NCBI GenBank assembly: GCA_903885755.1
Contig: CAISJZ010000220.1
Span: 1,367 to 65,366, forward strand
Source of the DNA: an uncultured Hyphomicrobiales bacterium
Lineage (GTDB): Bacteria > Pseudomonadota > Alphaproteobacteria > Rhizobiales > Beijerinckiaceae
Direction: 5' to 3'
Length of the DNA stretch: 64,000 nt
Shown here: positions 1-10,942 of the stretch, one piece after another
Position numbering within the stretch: position 1 is the first letter of the stretch
Layout: each line of letters begins with the position of its first letter
Position numbers and translations under genes: made by a program
The notes under the pieces: generated by a model
The model's input: only the letters and a program-made list of their open reading frames with translations
What the model was told of the DNA's origin: nothing
Database searches by the model: none

Positions 1-131
1 AAATGTACTTCGCCAACGACGATTACGAGACGGCGACGAAGAAATCAGTCAACGGGGCCCTTCAGCTCTATCTCGACTTCATCAATATCTTCACCGCGAT
101 CCTTCAGTTGACGGGCAGTCGCAACAACTGA
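1..131 (+). CDS. Bax inhibitor-1/YccA family membrane protein, 3' end (partial, runs off window)
   Basis: The frame from base 3 reads MYFANDDYETATKKSVNGALQLYLDFINIFTAILQLTGSRNN*. ALxLYLDFIN is the BI-1/YccA C-terminal motif. Stop TGA at 129-131. Confidence 0.85.
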   Translation, partial: MYFANDDYETATKKSVNGALQLYLDFINIFTAILQLTGSRNN

Positions 132-153
132 TGGGCGCATTTCGCGAATCGGG

Positions 154-179
154 CCCCGCACTTCGGTGCGGGGTTTTTT
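154..179 (+). terminator. Rho-independent terminator
   Basis: CCCCGCAC-TTCG-GTGCGGGG stem-loop followed by TTTTTT, downstream of the YccA stop. Confidence 0.9.
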
Positions 180-187
180 GCTGGCAT

Positions 188-613
188 TCAACCAACGACC
201 AGCTTGATGATCTTCTTGTCGAGGACGGCGATCACGCGACCAAGTTCCGGGCCACGTTTCAGGATCAGGCCTGTCGCCGCGATGACTGAATACATCCCCT
301 GCTTGCGCGCCAGTTTCGGATCTTTCTCGACGCGGAAGAGCGGCATCTCCGAAGCCCGCCTAAAAATCGAGAACACGGCGCGTTGAGGTCCGAAATCGAT
401 GGCATAATCACGCCATTCGCCTTCCGAGACCTTGCGCCCATAAATGTTCATGATTTCACGCAGTTCGTGGCGATCAAAGGAAACAATCGCCGGCGGCGCC
501 GATCGCATTGGCTGGGGCGGCCCGGAGAAAGATTCGGCGCGCGCCGGACGGTTTTCTGCGGCCTCGCCGGGCGGACGTCCGGACACTGTTCGCAAAGGCT
601 CGATATCGGCCAC
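188..613 (-). CDS. DUF2794 family protein
   Basis: Motifs FDRxEL..I..IYGRKVxxGEWRDYAID and FRRASExPLFRVEKDPKLARKQG; GTG start with GGGAG upstream. Confidence 0.85.
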   Translation of the reverse strand: MADIEPLRTVSGRPPGEAAENRPARAESFSGPPQPMRSAPPAIVSFDRHELREIMNIYGRKVSEGEWRDYAIDFGPQRAVFSIFRRASEMPLFRVEKDPKLARKQGMYSVIAATGLILKRGPELGRVIAVLDKKIIKLVVG

Positions 614-740
614 TGGTAACTCCCTGACGACATGATTGCCCGAACTCCGTTTCGGGGCAAGTCGCGGGTTTCAGTCGACCACGTCTTCGGCCACTCGCGG
701 TTTCGTGATCGAATTCACATTTTCGCCTGTATCTGGACGA

Positions 741-918
741 ACCCCCGCCCCAGTGATCCTCCATAAGGGATCATCGCCCTTGAAGTTCGGTCCGCCGCCT
801 TCCAGGATTTCGTCAGCCCCCAGCCCTCCGGGCAGGTGAAGCTGACCGAGCCGAGCCCCAGTTGGGCCAAGAGCGAATTCGACCGGCGTGAGGCCTCGGC
901 TTCCGCCGGTCTTTTTTT
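741..918 (+). ncRNA. Putative small regulatory RNA (resembles Rhizobiales BjrC1505/alpha-r9-type sRNAs; family assignment tentative)
   Basis: Intergenic, with stems TGATCC/GGATCA and GTCAGC(812-817)/GCTGAC(841-846), three CCCCAG motifs, and a terminator GACCGGCG/CGCCGGTC plus T7. The 5' end is estimated. Confidence 0.6.
881..918 (+). terminator. Rho-independent terminator of the putative sRNA
   Basis: GACCGGCG (881-888) pairs with CGCCGGTC (904-911), followed by T7 (912-918). Confidence 0.8.
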
Positions 919-932
919 GCCCCGCTGAACGT

Positions 933-961
933 CTTGAAACCGGGCCGCCTTACGGCGATAT
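933..961 (+). promoter_or_regulatory. Putative RpoH (sigma32) promoter of htpG
   Basis: CTTGAA-N16-GCGATAT resembles the rhizobial RpoH consensus CTTGAA-N15/16-CCTATAT and lies upstream of a heat-shock gene. Confidence 0.6.
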
Positions 962-1026
962 GAAACCGGGAGCGTGGTAACGGCCGCGCGCCGTCCGCCA
1001 GCAATCCGAAACCTACGAGGATCGCC

Positions 1027-2970
1027 TTGTCAGAAACCGCCGAAGCGAACTCCAACGCGCCGAAGTCACACCATTTTCAGGCCGATGTCGCGCGGCTGCT
1101 GCACCTCATGGTCCATTCGGTCTATTCCGAAAAGGACATTTTCCTTCGTGAACTTATCTCCAACGCGTCCGACGCCTGCGAGAAACTGCGTTACGAGGCC
1201 CTGTCGAATCCGGCGCTGAAAACCGACGAAGCGCCTTTTGCGATCACCCTTGAGGTCGACAAGGATGCCGGGACGCTCGGGGTAGTCGACAACGGCGTCG
1301 GCATGAGCCACGAAGATCTCGTCAGCGCGCTGGGCACGATCGCCAGTTCCGGAACGCGAGCCTTCCTTGAACGGCTTACGCCTAAAAAGTCCGCCGAGGA
1401 GGAGCGGGAGGGAGAGGGCGGAGCCGGCGACCGCGCCGCGGAACTCATCGGGCAGTTCGGCATCGGCTTCTATTCTGCCTTCATGGCCGCAGACCTTGTG
1501 AGGGTGGAAACCCGTCGCGCGGGCTCGACGGAGGCCTGGGTCTGGGAATCCGACGGCAAGGGCGATTACACTACCGCGCCTCTGGGCCTCGATCAGGCGC
1601 CCGCGCATGGTACGCGCGTCATCCTTCACCTCAATGAAGCCTCGAAGTCATACCTCGAGCCCTGGCGTATCGAGACGATCATCCGCGAGCACTCCGGCGC
1701 GGTGGCGATTCCCATTGAATTGCGTGAGGCGCCCGGCGGCGAGACCCGCGCGCTCACCGACGGCGCGGCCATCTGGACCAAACCGAAAAGCGCGTTGACG
1801 GAAAAGGACTACACCGAGTTTTACCGCGACCTCGCCAGCCAGTTCGACGAGCCAGCGCTGACGATCCACTGGCGCGCCGAGGGCCGCTACGAATATACCG
1901 TCCTCGCCTATATCCCGGGTTCCCGCCCTCTTGATCTGTTCGATCCCGCGCGCAAGGGACGAGGCAAACTCTATGTGCGCCGTGTACTGATTTCGACGGA
2001 TGGCGATCTGCTACCCGGATGGCTGCGCTTCGTCCGACTGGTGGTCGACACGGCCGATCTGCCGCTCAACGTCTCGCGCGAGATGGTGCAGGAAAGCGCC
2101 GTGTTCGCGGCGATCAAGCGCGGCGTGACCAATCGCATCATGCAAGAACTCGGCAAGCTCGCCGAAAGCGAACCAGAAAAATTCGCCAAGGTCTGGGAGA
2201 ATTTCGGCGCGGTCATCAAGGAGGGGCTCTACGAAGACCCCGAACAGCGTGATCGCATCTTCAAGATCGCGCGCTTCGCATCCACCCGAAGCGCCGCGTC
2301 CGACCGGACGCTCGCCGATTACATCGCTGGTCTGCGCCCCAATCAGACGGCGATCTATTATCTCGCCGGGGAGGAAGCCAAACGAATCGCGGCCAGCCCG
2401 CAGCTTGAAGGCTATCGCGCCCGAGGCATCGAAGTGCTGTTGCTCGCCGATCCCGTGGATCCCTTCTGGATATCGACCGCGACGGGTTTTGACGGCAAAC
2501 CCTTCAAGTCCGTCAGCCAGGGCGCAGCGGATATCAAACTCGTGCCGCTGGCCGAAGGCGCGGAGGCGCCCTCCACCGAAGCGCCCGGCCCGGATGTCGC
2601 GACCCTGCTGGCGTTCTTCAAACAGACACTCAATGAAGAAGTCTCCGACGTTCGCGTCTCCGACCGGCTGGCCGAAAGTCCCGCTTGCCTCGTTGCTTCG
2701 GAAAACGCGCCGGACAGGCGGCTCGAGAAGATGCTCGCCGAGCATGGCCGACTCGATTCGATTTCAAAGCCGGTGTTCGAGGTCAACCCGAATCACGAAC
2801 TCGTGGCTTCGCTCGCCCGGCGGTTCAAGGACGGCGCCGACAAATCATTCGTCGAGGATTCCGCCTGGCTGCTGCTTGACGAGGCCCGGCTGATGGATGG
2901 CGACAGGGTCGGAGATCCCACGGCCTTCGCCGCGCGATTGCGCCGGGTTCTGGCGAAGGCGGCGAATTGA
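1027..2970 (+). CDS. htpG: Molecular chaperone HtpG (Hsp90)
   Basis: FLRELISNASDA, DNGVGM, IGQFGIGFYSAF, DLPLNVSRE; TTG start after GAGG. Confidence 0.97.
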   Translation: MSETAEANSNAPKSHHFQADVARLLHLMVHSVYSEKDIFLRELISNASDACEKLRYEALSNPALKTDEAPFAITLEVDKDAGTLGVVDNGVGMSHEDLVSALGTIASSGTRAFLERLTPKKSAEEEREGEGGAGDRAAELIGQFGIGFYSAFMAADLVRVETRRAGSTEAWVWESDGKGDYTTAPLGLDQAPAHGTRVILHLNEASKSYLEPWRIETIIREHSGAVAIPIELREAPGGETRALTDGAAIWTKPKSALTEKDYTEFYRDLASQFDEPALTIHWRAEGRYEYTVLAYIPGSRPLDLFDPARKGRGKLYVRRVLISTDGDLLPGWLRFVRLVVDTADLPLNVSREMVQESAVFAAIKRGVTNRIMQELGKLAESEPEKFAKVWENFGAVIKEGLYEDPEQRDRIFKIARFASTRSAASDRTLADYIAGLRPNQTAIYYLAGEEAKRIAASPQLEGYRARGIEVLLLADPVDPFWISTATGFDGKPFKSVSQGAADIKLVPLAEGAEAPSTEAPGPDVATLLAFFKQTLNEEVSDVRVSDRLAESPACLVASENAPDRRLEKMLAEHGRLDSISKPVFEVNPNHELVASLARRFKDGADKSFVEDSAWLLLDEARLMDGDRVGDPTAFAARLRRVLAKAAN

Positions 2971-3932
2971 CGGAAGCCACATCGCTTGTTGACGCCCTCA
3001 CTCCGGAGATGTCGCGTCGGGACTCCATGGCGCTTCTCATCCGCGCATTCGAGGCAGCCGGTATCGCCGACGCCGCGTCCGACGCCCGGCTTTTGCTGTG
3101 CGCGGCAGCGGACATCGATCACGCCGATCTGATTCGCGACCCCGAGGCGCCGCTCGACGAATTCGCCCGCGAGCTTTTGGCCGCCTACGGCCAGCGCCGG
3201 TTCGCGCGCGAACCCGTCACTCGAATTCTGGGAACCCGCGGATTCTGGAGCCTCGATATCGAGGTCGCCCCGGATGTGCTCGATCCTCGCCCGGACAGCG
3301 AGACGATTGTCGACGCGGCTCTCAAAATACTCGGCGAACGACAGAATGACCCGCTTCGGATCGCCGATCTCGGCGTGGGTTCCGGCGCGATCCTTTGCGC
3401 CTTGCTCGATATTTTCCAGAACGCTTCGGGACTCGGTGTCGATGTTTCGCCGACCGCCTGCGCCCTCGCGACTCGAAATCTGCGAACATGCGGCATGATG
3501 ACGCGGGGGCGCGTCGAGAACGGAATGTGGGAGTCGCTCGAAGGTGGCCATTTCGATCTCGTAGTGTCCAATCCTCCCTATATCGCCTCGAACGACATTC
3601 CCGGGCTGGACCCCGAGGTTCGGAACTTCGATCCAGGCCTGGCGCTTGATGGAGGTGCCGATGGGCTGGACGCCTATCGCAGCCTTGGCGCGACGCTTCC
3701 AAGAGTGCTCGCTCCCGGAGGCATAGCCATCGTGGAGCTAGGCCAGGGACAGGCTGCCGCCGTTGGCCTGATCTTTCGTGAGGCAGGCCTGTTGATCCTG
3801 GGCGTTCAAAACGATCTGGCGGGCGTTGAACGGGTCCTGATCGCCAGGAAAATGCCGAATTCCGAGGGGAAATCACCCCCAGCGACCCTTTCGTCAGTAA
3901 GCCCCCTTGGCGCGGGACAAAAAAGCGACTAA
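2967..3932 (+). CDS. prmC: Release factor N5-glutamine methyltransferase PrmC
   Basis: VLDPRPDSE, DLGVGSGA SAM-binding motif, VSNPPYI, ALDGGADGL. The start may be the TTG overlapping the htpG stop or a nearby ATG. Confidence 0.93.
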   Translation: MTEATSLVDALTPEMSRRDSMALLIRAFEAAGIADAASDARLLLCAAADIDHADLIRDPEAPLDEFARELLAAYGQRRFAREPVTRILGTRGFWSLDIEVAPDVLDPRPDSETIVDAALKILGERQNDPLRIADLGVGSGAILCALLDIFQNASGLGVDVSPTACALATRNLRTCGMMTRGRVENGMWESLEGGHFDLVVSNPPYIASNDIPGLDPEVRNFDPGLALDGGADGLDAYRSLGATLPRVLAPGGIAIVELGQGQAAAVGLIFREAGLLILGVQNDLAGVERVLIARKMPNSEGKSPPATLSSVSPLGAGQKSD

Positions 3933-4283
3933 AAGGATCGTGGAAATCGTCTGGAAGCGTATTCGCTTCGGCGCTAGGCATTCTGGAGGGCGTCGTCCTC
4001 CTCAAAATGCACATTTTCGATCAGGAGTTTAGGCGCCTTTTGTTTCGGATCGGGCCGGCTCGGGCGCAGGAGCCAAAGTCCCACGAAACCGGCGCGCCGG
4101 CTTCTCCAGATCGTTGATCGTCGCCAATCGGGTTGGAACCTTGGCTTGACCGGGAACATCATGAACCACACGCCGATCACAACCGGTAGCTTCACGGTTG
4201 GCGAAACGAATTAACTTGGGGCGAGGACGCCTGAACAGGCAAGGCCGATCGTTCTACGACGGCAAAACACTCAGGGAATTTAG

Positions 4284-5195
4284 ATGAGACCTGGCCAGAA
4301 TAAGCGTATGCGCGGTCGCAACAATCGCAAAAGCCCGAATCCTCTGACACGCAGTTACGAATCGAACGGTCCGGACGTGAAAATCCGAGGCACGGCGCAT
4401 CATGTGGCGGAAAAGTATCTTCAGCTCGCCCGCGATGCGCAGTCTTCCGGCGATCCTGTGATGGCGGAGAGTTATCTACAGCACGCCGAACATTACTTCC
4501 GACTGATCGCCGCCGCCCAGACCGCCCAGCAACAGGCGCAGATGGGCTACCAGCGCAACGGCTCGGACTCGTCAATGGACGATGACGACGATGACGACGA
4601 TTTCGGCGGACTGCCCGACCGCTTCGCCTCGCCTCCCGAGCGTCTGAGCCCGCCTCCCTTCGGCAACCAGCCGCAGCCCGCCATGCAGGGCCAGCCGAAC
4701 CAGCAACAGCAGCCTTACCAGGATCGCGCACCTTACAATGGCGACCGACCGCAACATCAGGATCGGCAACAGCAACCGCGCGGCGATCGGCAGAATGGTC
4801 AGGATCGGCCCTATCAGGACCGTAACAATGGTCAGAACCGCTTCAATCAAAATCGGGGCCCTCGCGATAATCGGCCGCCTCGGGAATTCCGCAACGACCA
4901 GCAACCCCGTGTCGAACAGCCTCGCATCGAGCACGCGCCCCCGCCCCAGCCTGTTCCAGAAGTCGAAACCGCGCTGCCGTCTTTCATCACTTCCCCGGTA
5001 CGCGTCACTCCTCCTGGCATGGAGCAACAGCCGACACTGCCCGTAATCGGCGATCGCGCGTCCGAGGACCAACCGGTTGGTGGCTACCACCTGCGGCCCC
5101 GCCGCCGGCGGAACCGACCGGAAGCCGGTGGAGCCGAACAAAGCGGGCAGGACGCCGCGCCGGCGACCGGAGACGCGCCGCCCTTCGGCGAGTGA
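4284..5195 (+). CDS. DUF4167 domain protein with long low-complexity C-terminal region
   Basis: N-terminal YESNGPDVKIRGTA..AEKYLQLARDA..SGD.V.AE.YLQHAEHY.R; conserved position between prmC and clpB. Confidence 0.9.
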   Translation: MRPGQNKRMRGRNNRKSPNPLTRSYESNGPDVKIRGTAHHVAEKYLQLARDAQSSGDPVMAESYLQHAEHYFRLIAAAQTAQQQAQMGYQRNGSDSSMDDDDDDDDFGGLPDRFASPPERLSPPPFGNQPQPAMQGQPNQQQQPYQDRAPYNGDRPQHQDRQQQPRGDRQNGQDRPYQDRNNGQNRFNQNRGPRDNRPPREFRNDQQPRVEQPRIEHAPPPQPVPEVETALPSFITSPVRVTPPGMEQQPTLPVIGDRASEDQPVGGYHLRPRRRRNRPEAGGAEQSGQDAAPATGDAPPFGE

Positions 5196-5226
5196 TACCG
5201 AACAAAGCCGACTCCTGATCTGAATC

Positions 5227-5261
5227 AAAAGGCGCGAGGTTAATTCCTCGCGCCTCTTTTG
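5227..5261. terminator. Intrinsic terminator (bidirectional type)
   Basis: AAAA-GGCGCGAGG-TTAATT-CCTCGCGCC-TCTTTT. Confidence 0.8.
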
Positions 5262-5284
5262 CGTTGGCCATCGGCCTCCTAAAT
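5256..5284 (+). promoter_or_regulatory. Putative RpoH promoter of clpB
   Basis: CTTTTG-N16-CCTAAAT about 95 nt upstream of the clpB ATG. Confidence 0.5.
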
Positions 5285-5378
5285 ATATTCCGAACCGGTC
5301 GCTTCAGGGGCCGAATCGAGACAACACGACGTTGGTTACGCCGCTGCGGGGCGTTTCTTGCGGTCCAGGAGATCAAAA

Positions 5379-8027
<2,649 letters not shown>

Positions 8028-8043
8028 TCTGAATTGATCCAGC

Positions 8044-8078
8044 AAGAAGGGCGGCGAAATCCTCGCCGCCCTTTTTCA
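8044..8078. terminator. Bidirectional terminator between clpB and uppP
   Basis: AAGAAGGGCGGCGA-AATCC-TCGCCGCCCTTTTT. Confidence 0.85.
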
Positions 8079-8094
8079 TTTTCATTGACCGATA

Positions 8095-8991
8095 TCAGGC
8101 CAGCCAGCCCGCTGTGAAAGCGACAATCAGCAGGATACCCATGGTCGCCCTGTAAATGACGAAGGGCCAGGCGGAGAACCGCTCGAGAAACCGCATCAAT
8201 CCCCAGATCGCGATGAACGCGGAGATTGACCCTGTCACCAAGCCGATCGCGAGAATGGACCAGCCGTGCGCGTCCAGATGCGCTTTCCAGAGTTCGTAAA
8301 ATTCCTTGAGCCCCGCGAGGGCGATGGCCGGCACGCCGAGAAGGAATGAAAAGCGCGCGGCCTCGTCTCGCTTCATGCCGATGAACAGAGCGGCGGTCAA
8401 GGTGGAGCCCGACCGCGACACGCCGGGAATGAGCGCCCCAACCTGCGCGCAGCCCACGATCATCGCGTCCAACAGATTGACGTTGTCGATGGTCCTGACG
8501 TGCCGAGCGCGCATTTCGGCGATGGCGAGCAGAACCGCCATAAACAGACTCGAGGCGCCGATGACGACCAGACCGCGAAGCGGCGAGCCGCATTGATTGA
8601 GCAGGCCCGACAGCGCGAGGCCCGCGATGATGATCGGGATCGTCGCCAGCACGATCCACACAGCGAAGCGGAAATGCCAGTTATCGAAATCGCGCCGAAG
8701 CGCGGCGGTCGTTGATCCAACGACGACGTCCCGCATGTCGCCCCAGAAATAGCTGATCACCGCGGCAAGGGCGGCCAGTTGCATCGCCGCCGAGAAAGCC
8801 GATCCCGGATCCTGCCAACCAAGAAGAGCTGGGACAATCCGCATATGCGCTGTCGAGGAAATCGGCAGCAGTTCCGTGATTCCCTGAATGACGCCAAGGA
8901 ACGCAACCTTTCCATACCCCAGCGCCACGAACCCGGTGTCGATACCCTGTGTGCAAGCGTCAGCCATGTCGAGCGTCTCATTGGGCGCCAA
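8095..8991 (-). CDS. uppP: Undecaprenyl-diphosphate phosphatase
   Basis: LGVIQGITELLPISSTAH, ALIPGVSRSGST and AARFSFLL motifs. The start may instead be the ATG at 8967. Confidence 0.95.
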   Translation of the reverse strand: MAPNETLDMADACTQGIDTGFVALGYGKVAFLGVIQGITELLPISSTAHMRIVPALLGWQDPGSAFSAAMQLAALAAVISYFWGDMRDVVVGSTTAALRRDFDNWHFRFAVWIVLATIPIIIAGLALSGLLNQCGSPLRGLVVIGASSLFMAVLLAIAEMRARHVRTIDNVNLLDAMIVGCAQVGALIPGVSRSGSTLTAALFIGMKRDEAARFSFLLGVPAIALAGLKEFYELWKAHLDAHGWSILAIGLVTGSISAFIAIWGLMRFLERFSAWPFVIYRATMGILLIVAFTAGWLA

Positions 8992-9088
8992 GGTCTGGCG
9001 CGGATGTCCTGAAGAACTCAGTTTGTGGTCTTTTTCCAGACCCGGCGATTCCGATCAATCAGCTTTTCACGGAAAAAGACCAACCAGC

Positions 9089-10000
9089 CTATACCGTATG
9101 GGCCGATCCCTTATTTTTTCCCCCAGAAGCGTCGGTTCGGACCGAATTCTCCGACCCCGGAAGCAGACGTTGGACCCCGTGGCGCAGGATCGCGGCGTTG
9201 AGTTCGCCTCCGATCAGGAAAATGCAGGCAAGCGTGTAGAGGAAAACGAGGGCGACCATGACAGACGCCAGCCCGGCATAGGTCGAAACGTAATTCCGCG
9301 CGAACTCCGCCAGATACTGTCCGAACGCCATCGCGAACCCGAGCGACAGGACGAGCGTCAGCAGAATGCCGGGGAAAATGTCGCGAAAACTCCGACGCCC
9401 GGCGGGCAGCCACTTGTGGGCGATAACCAGAGCGATCGTCAAAAACACGGCGGTGATCGCGAACCGGGACACCGTGAAGAGCGTCCAGAGCGGCTCAAGC
9501 GCGGGAACAAAAGACAGCGCCTTCAGCCAGATCAGCGGCGCGAGAACAACCATGAGCGCAAGAAGCAAAAGGGAACTGGCCCCGATCAGGACATAGCCGG
9601 TCGATTCGAGACGCAGTAGCCACCACGATCGCGGCTCCCGCGTATCGTAGGCGCGATTGAGACCAATCCGCAGCGCTTCGATCCCACTGGATGAAAAGTA
9701 GAGCGCGAGCAACGCGCTCGCCGTCAGAAGGCCCCCGCGGGTTTGGGTCAGGACGTTGTGGATTTCTGCCGCGATGGGTTCGGCGACCTGACGCGGCCAG
9801 GATTCTAGCAATAGGGTGGCCGCTTCGTCAGCCAGATCCTTGGAGCCAAAAAAACCAGCGAGCGCGGTCACGAATATCAGGAATGGAAACAGGGACGTCA
9901 GGATCGACAGAGCAATATGGCTGGCTATTGCCCAGCCATCGTCCTCCAGAAATCCATTGTGCGCGTCAAGACAGATTCGGAACCAGGTTTTCATCGCCAC
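9089..10000 (-). CDS. YihY/virulence factor BrkB family membrane protein
   Basis: DDGWAIASHIALS..SLFPFL, ALRIGLNRAY and YVSTYAGLASVM motifs; several TM helices. Confidence 0.9.
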   Translation of the reverse strand: MAMKTWFRICLDAHNGFLEDDGWAIASHIALSILTSLFPFLIFVTALAGFFGSKDLADEAATLLLESWPRQVAEPIAAEIHNVLTQTRGGLLTASALLALYFSSSGIEALRIGLNRAYDTREPRSWWLLRLESTGYVLIGASSLLLLALMVVLAPLIWLKALSFVPALEPLWTLFTVSRFAITAVFLTIALVIAHKWLPAGRRSFRDIFPGILLTLVLSLGFAMAFGQYLAEFARNYVSTYAGLASVMVALVFLYTLACIFLIGGELNAAILRHGVQRLLPGSENSVRTDASGGKNKGSAHTV

Positions 10001-10069
10001 GACCGGGACCTTCGCTGCCGGATGATCGTAACGCTTGATAGCGCGTTCGCAACCGGCCGGGAAATCCGG

Positions 10070-10789
10070 CTACTTCTTCACCGTTGATTGTGACGACGCA
10101 TCGACCGAGGCGAAGCGGATTTTGACATCCGCCCCTTCACTGGGTGGCGCGGCAAGGCGCGCTCGGAAATAGACCGTCTCGCCAGCGGCGATTTCCTTTT
10201 TGGGCGCGGGCGAATTCCACGAATAGATTTCCCGGCCATCGTTCGAGCGCACCGACACTTGGATATCCGGAAATTTGCTCCGAGTCGGTCGAAGATTGGC
10301 GACCTCGCCCTCGATCGCCAAAACGCGCTGGCCGCTATCCTCGGCGATACGCGAAAGTACATGCTGAAATGCGAGCCCTCGGAGGTTTACTGGCATGCCC
10401 ATGGCCGCGTAGATGGAAGAACTCGCCGGCACCGCGCGAACGACGCGGTCGCGGCCGCCGACCAGGGCCATGCATATGGCCAATCCGTATGTCGCCGCCA
10501 ACGGCCCACGCGGTAGCTGGAGAATTGAACGGCTTTTTCGCGCCATCGACGCGCGAGGATGTACCGTTTGACGTGGCGTCTCGAAGGCGGTTGGCGCGAC
10601 GCATTTACTCGCGATATCAGGGGTGATCTCTGGAGCAAGATCGAGTCTGGGGGCCTGGATTTCCGCGCCGGCCGCGTCCGGTTCCCAGCGAAACCCGCAA
10701 TCCGGGCATTCCGCGTTTTCGCCCCGCGTGATGGCGCCCGAGATATCTGCGTCCTGAACAACCTCACAAATGGGGCAACGATTCGGCAT
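10070..10789 (-). CDS. Zinc-ribbon (MJ0042-type) plus DUF3426 membrane protein, ZitP-like
   Basis: N-terminal CPIC-x19-CPDCGFRW, one TM helix, R..VVRAVP....YAA.G.PVNLRGL.F and a C-terminal F.ARL..PP; divergent from ftsE. Confidence 0.75.
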   Translation of the reverse strand: MPNRCPICEVVQDADISGAITRGENAECPDCGFRWEPDAAGAEIQAPRLDLAPEITPDIASKCVAPTAFETPRQTVHPRASMARKSRSILQLPRGPLAATYGLAICMALVGGRDRVVRAVPASSSIYAAMGMPVNLRGLAFQHVLSRIAEDSGQRVLAIEGEVANLRPTRSKFPDIQVSVRSNDGREIYSWNSPAPKKEIAAGETVYFRARLAAPPSEGADVKIRFASVDASSQSTVKK

Positions 10790-10867
10790 TCGGCAATGAA
10801 CCTGATGACTTGCGGCGCGGACCGCCGCAATCGGGGGAATCGCCCGACCATATGGCTTCGGATTTGG

Positions 10868-10882
10868 TTAACGTGGGGTTAA
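10868..10882. promoter_or_regulatory. CtrA binding box upstream of ftsE
   Basis: Perfect TTAA-N7-TTAA (TTAACGTGGGGTTAA); reads TTAA-N7-TTAAC on the minus strand. Confidence 0.8.
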
Positions 10883-10942
10883 ACTGAAAACGCGTCGTCG
10901 AATCGCCTGGCCAGGCTCCGACTAGGCGGCGGGTAAGGCAGG

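Noticed and set aside
4700-4935. Repeated DNA words (CAGGATCG, AATGGTCAG, AACAGC) suggesting an array
   Set aside because: They are irregularly spaced, in-frame repeats of a low-complexity protein region, not CRISPR or a mobile repeat.
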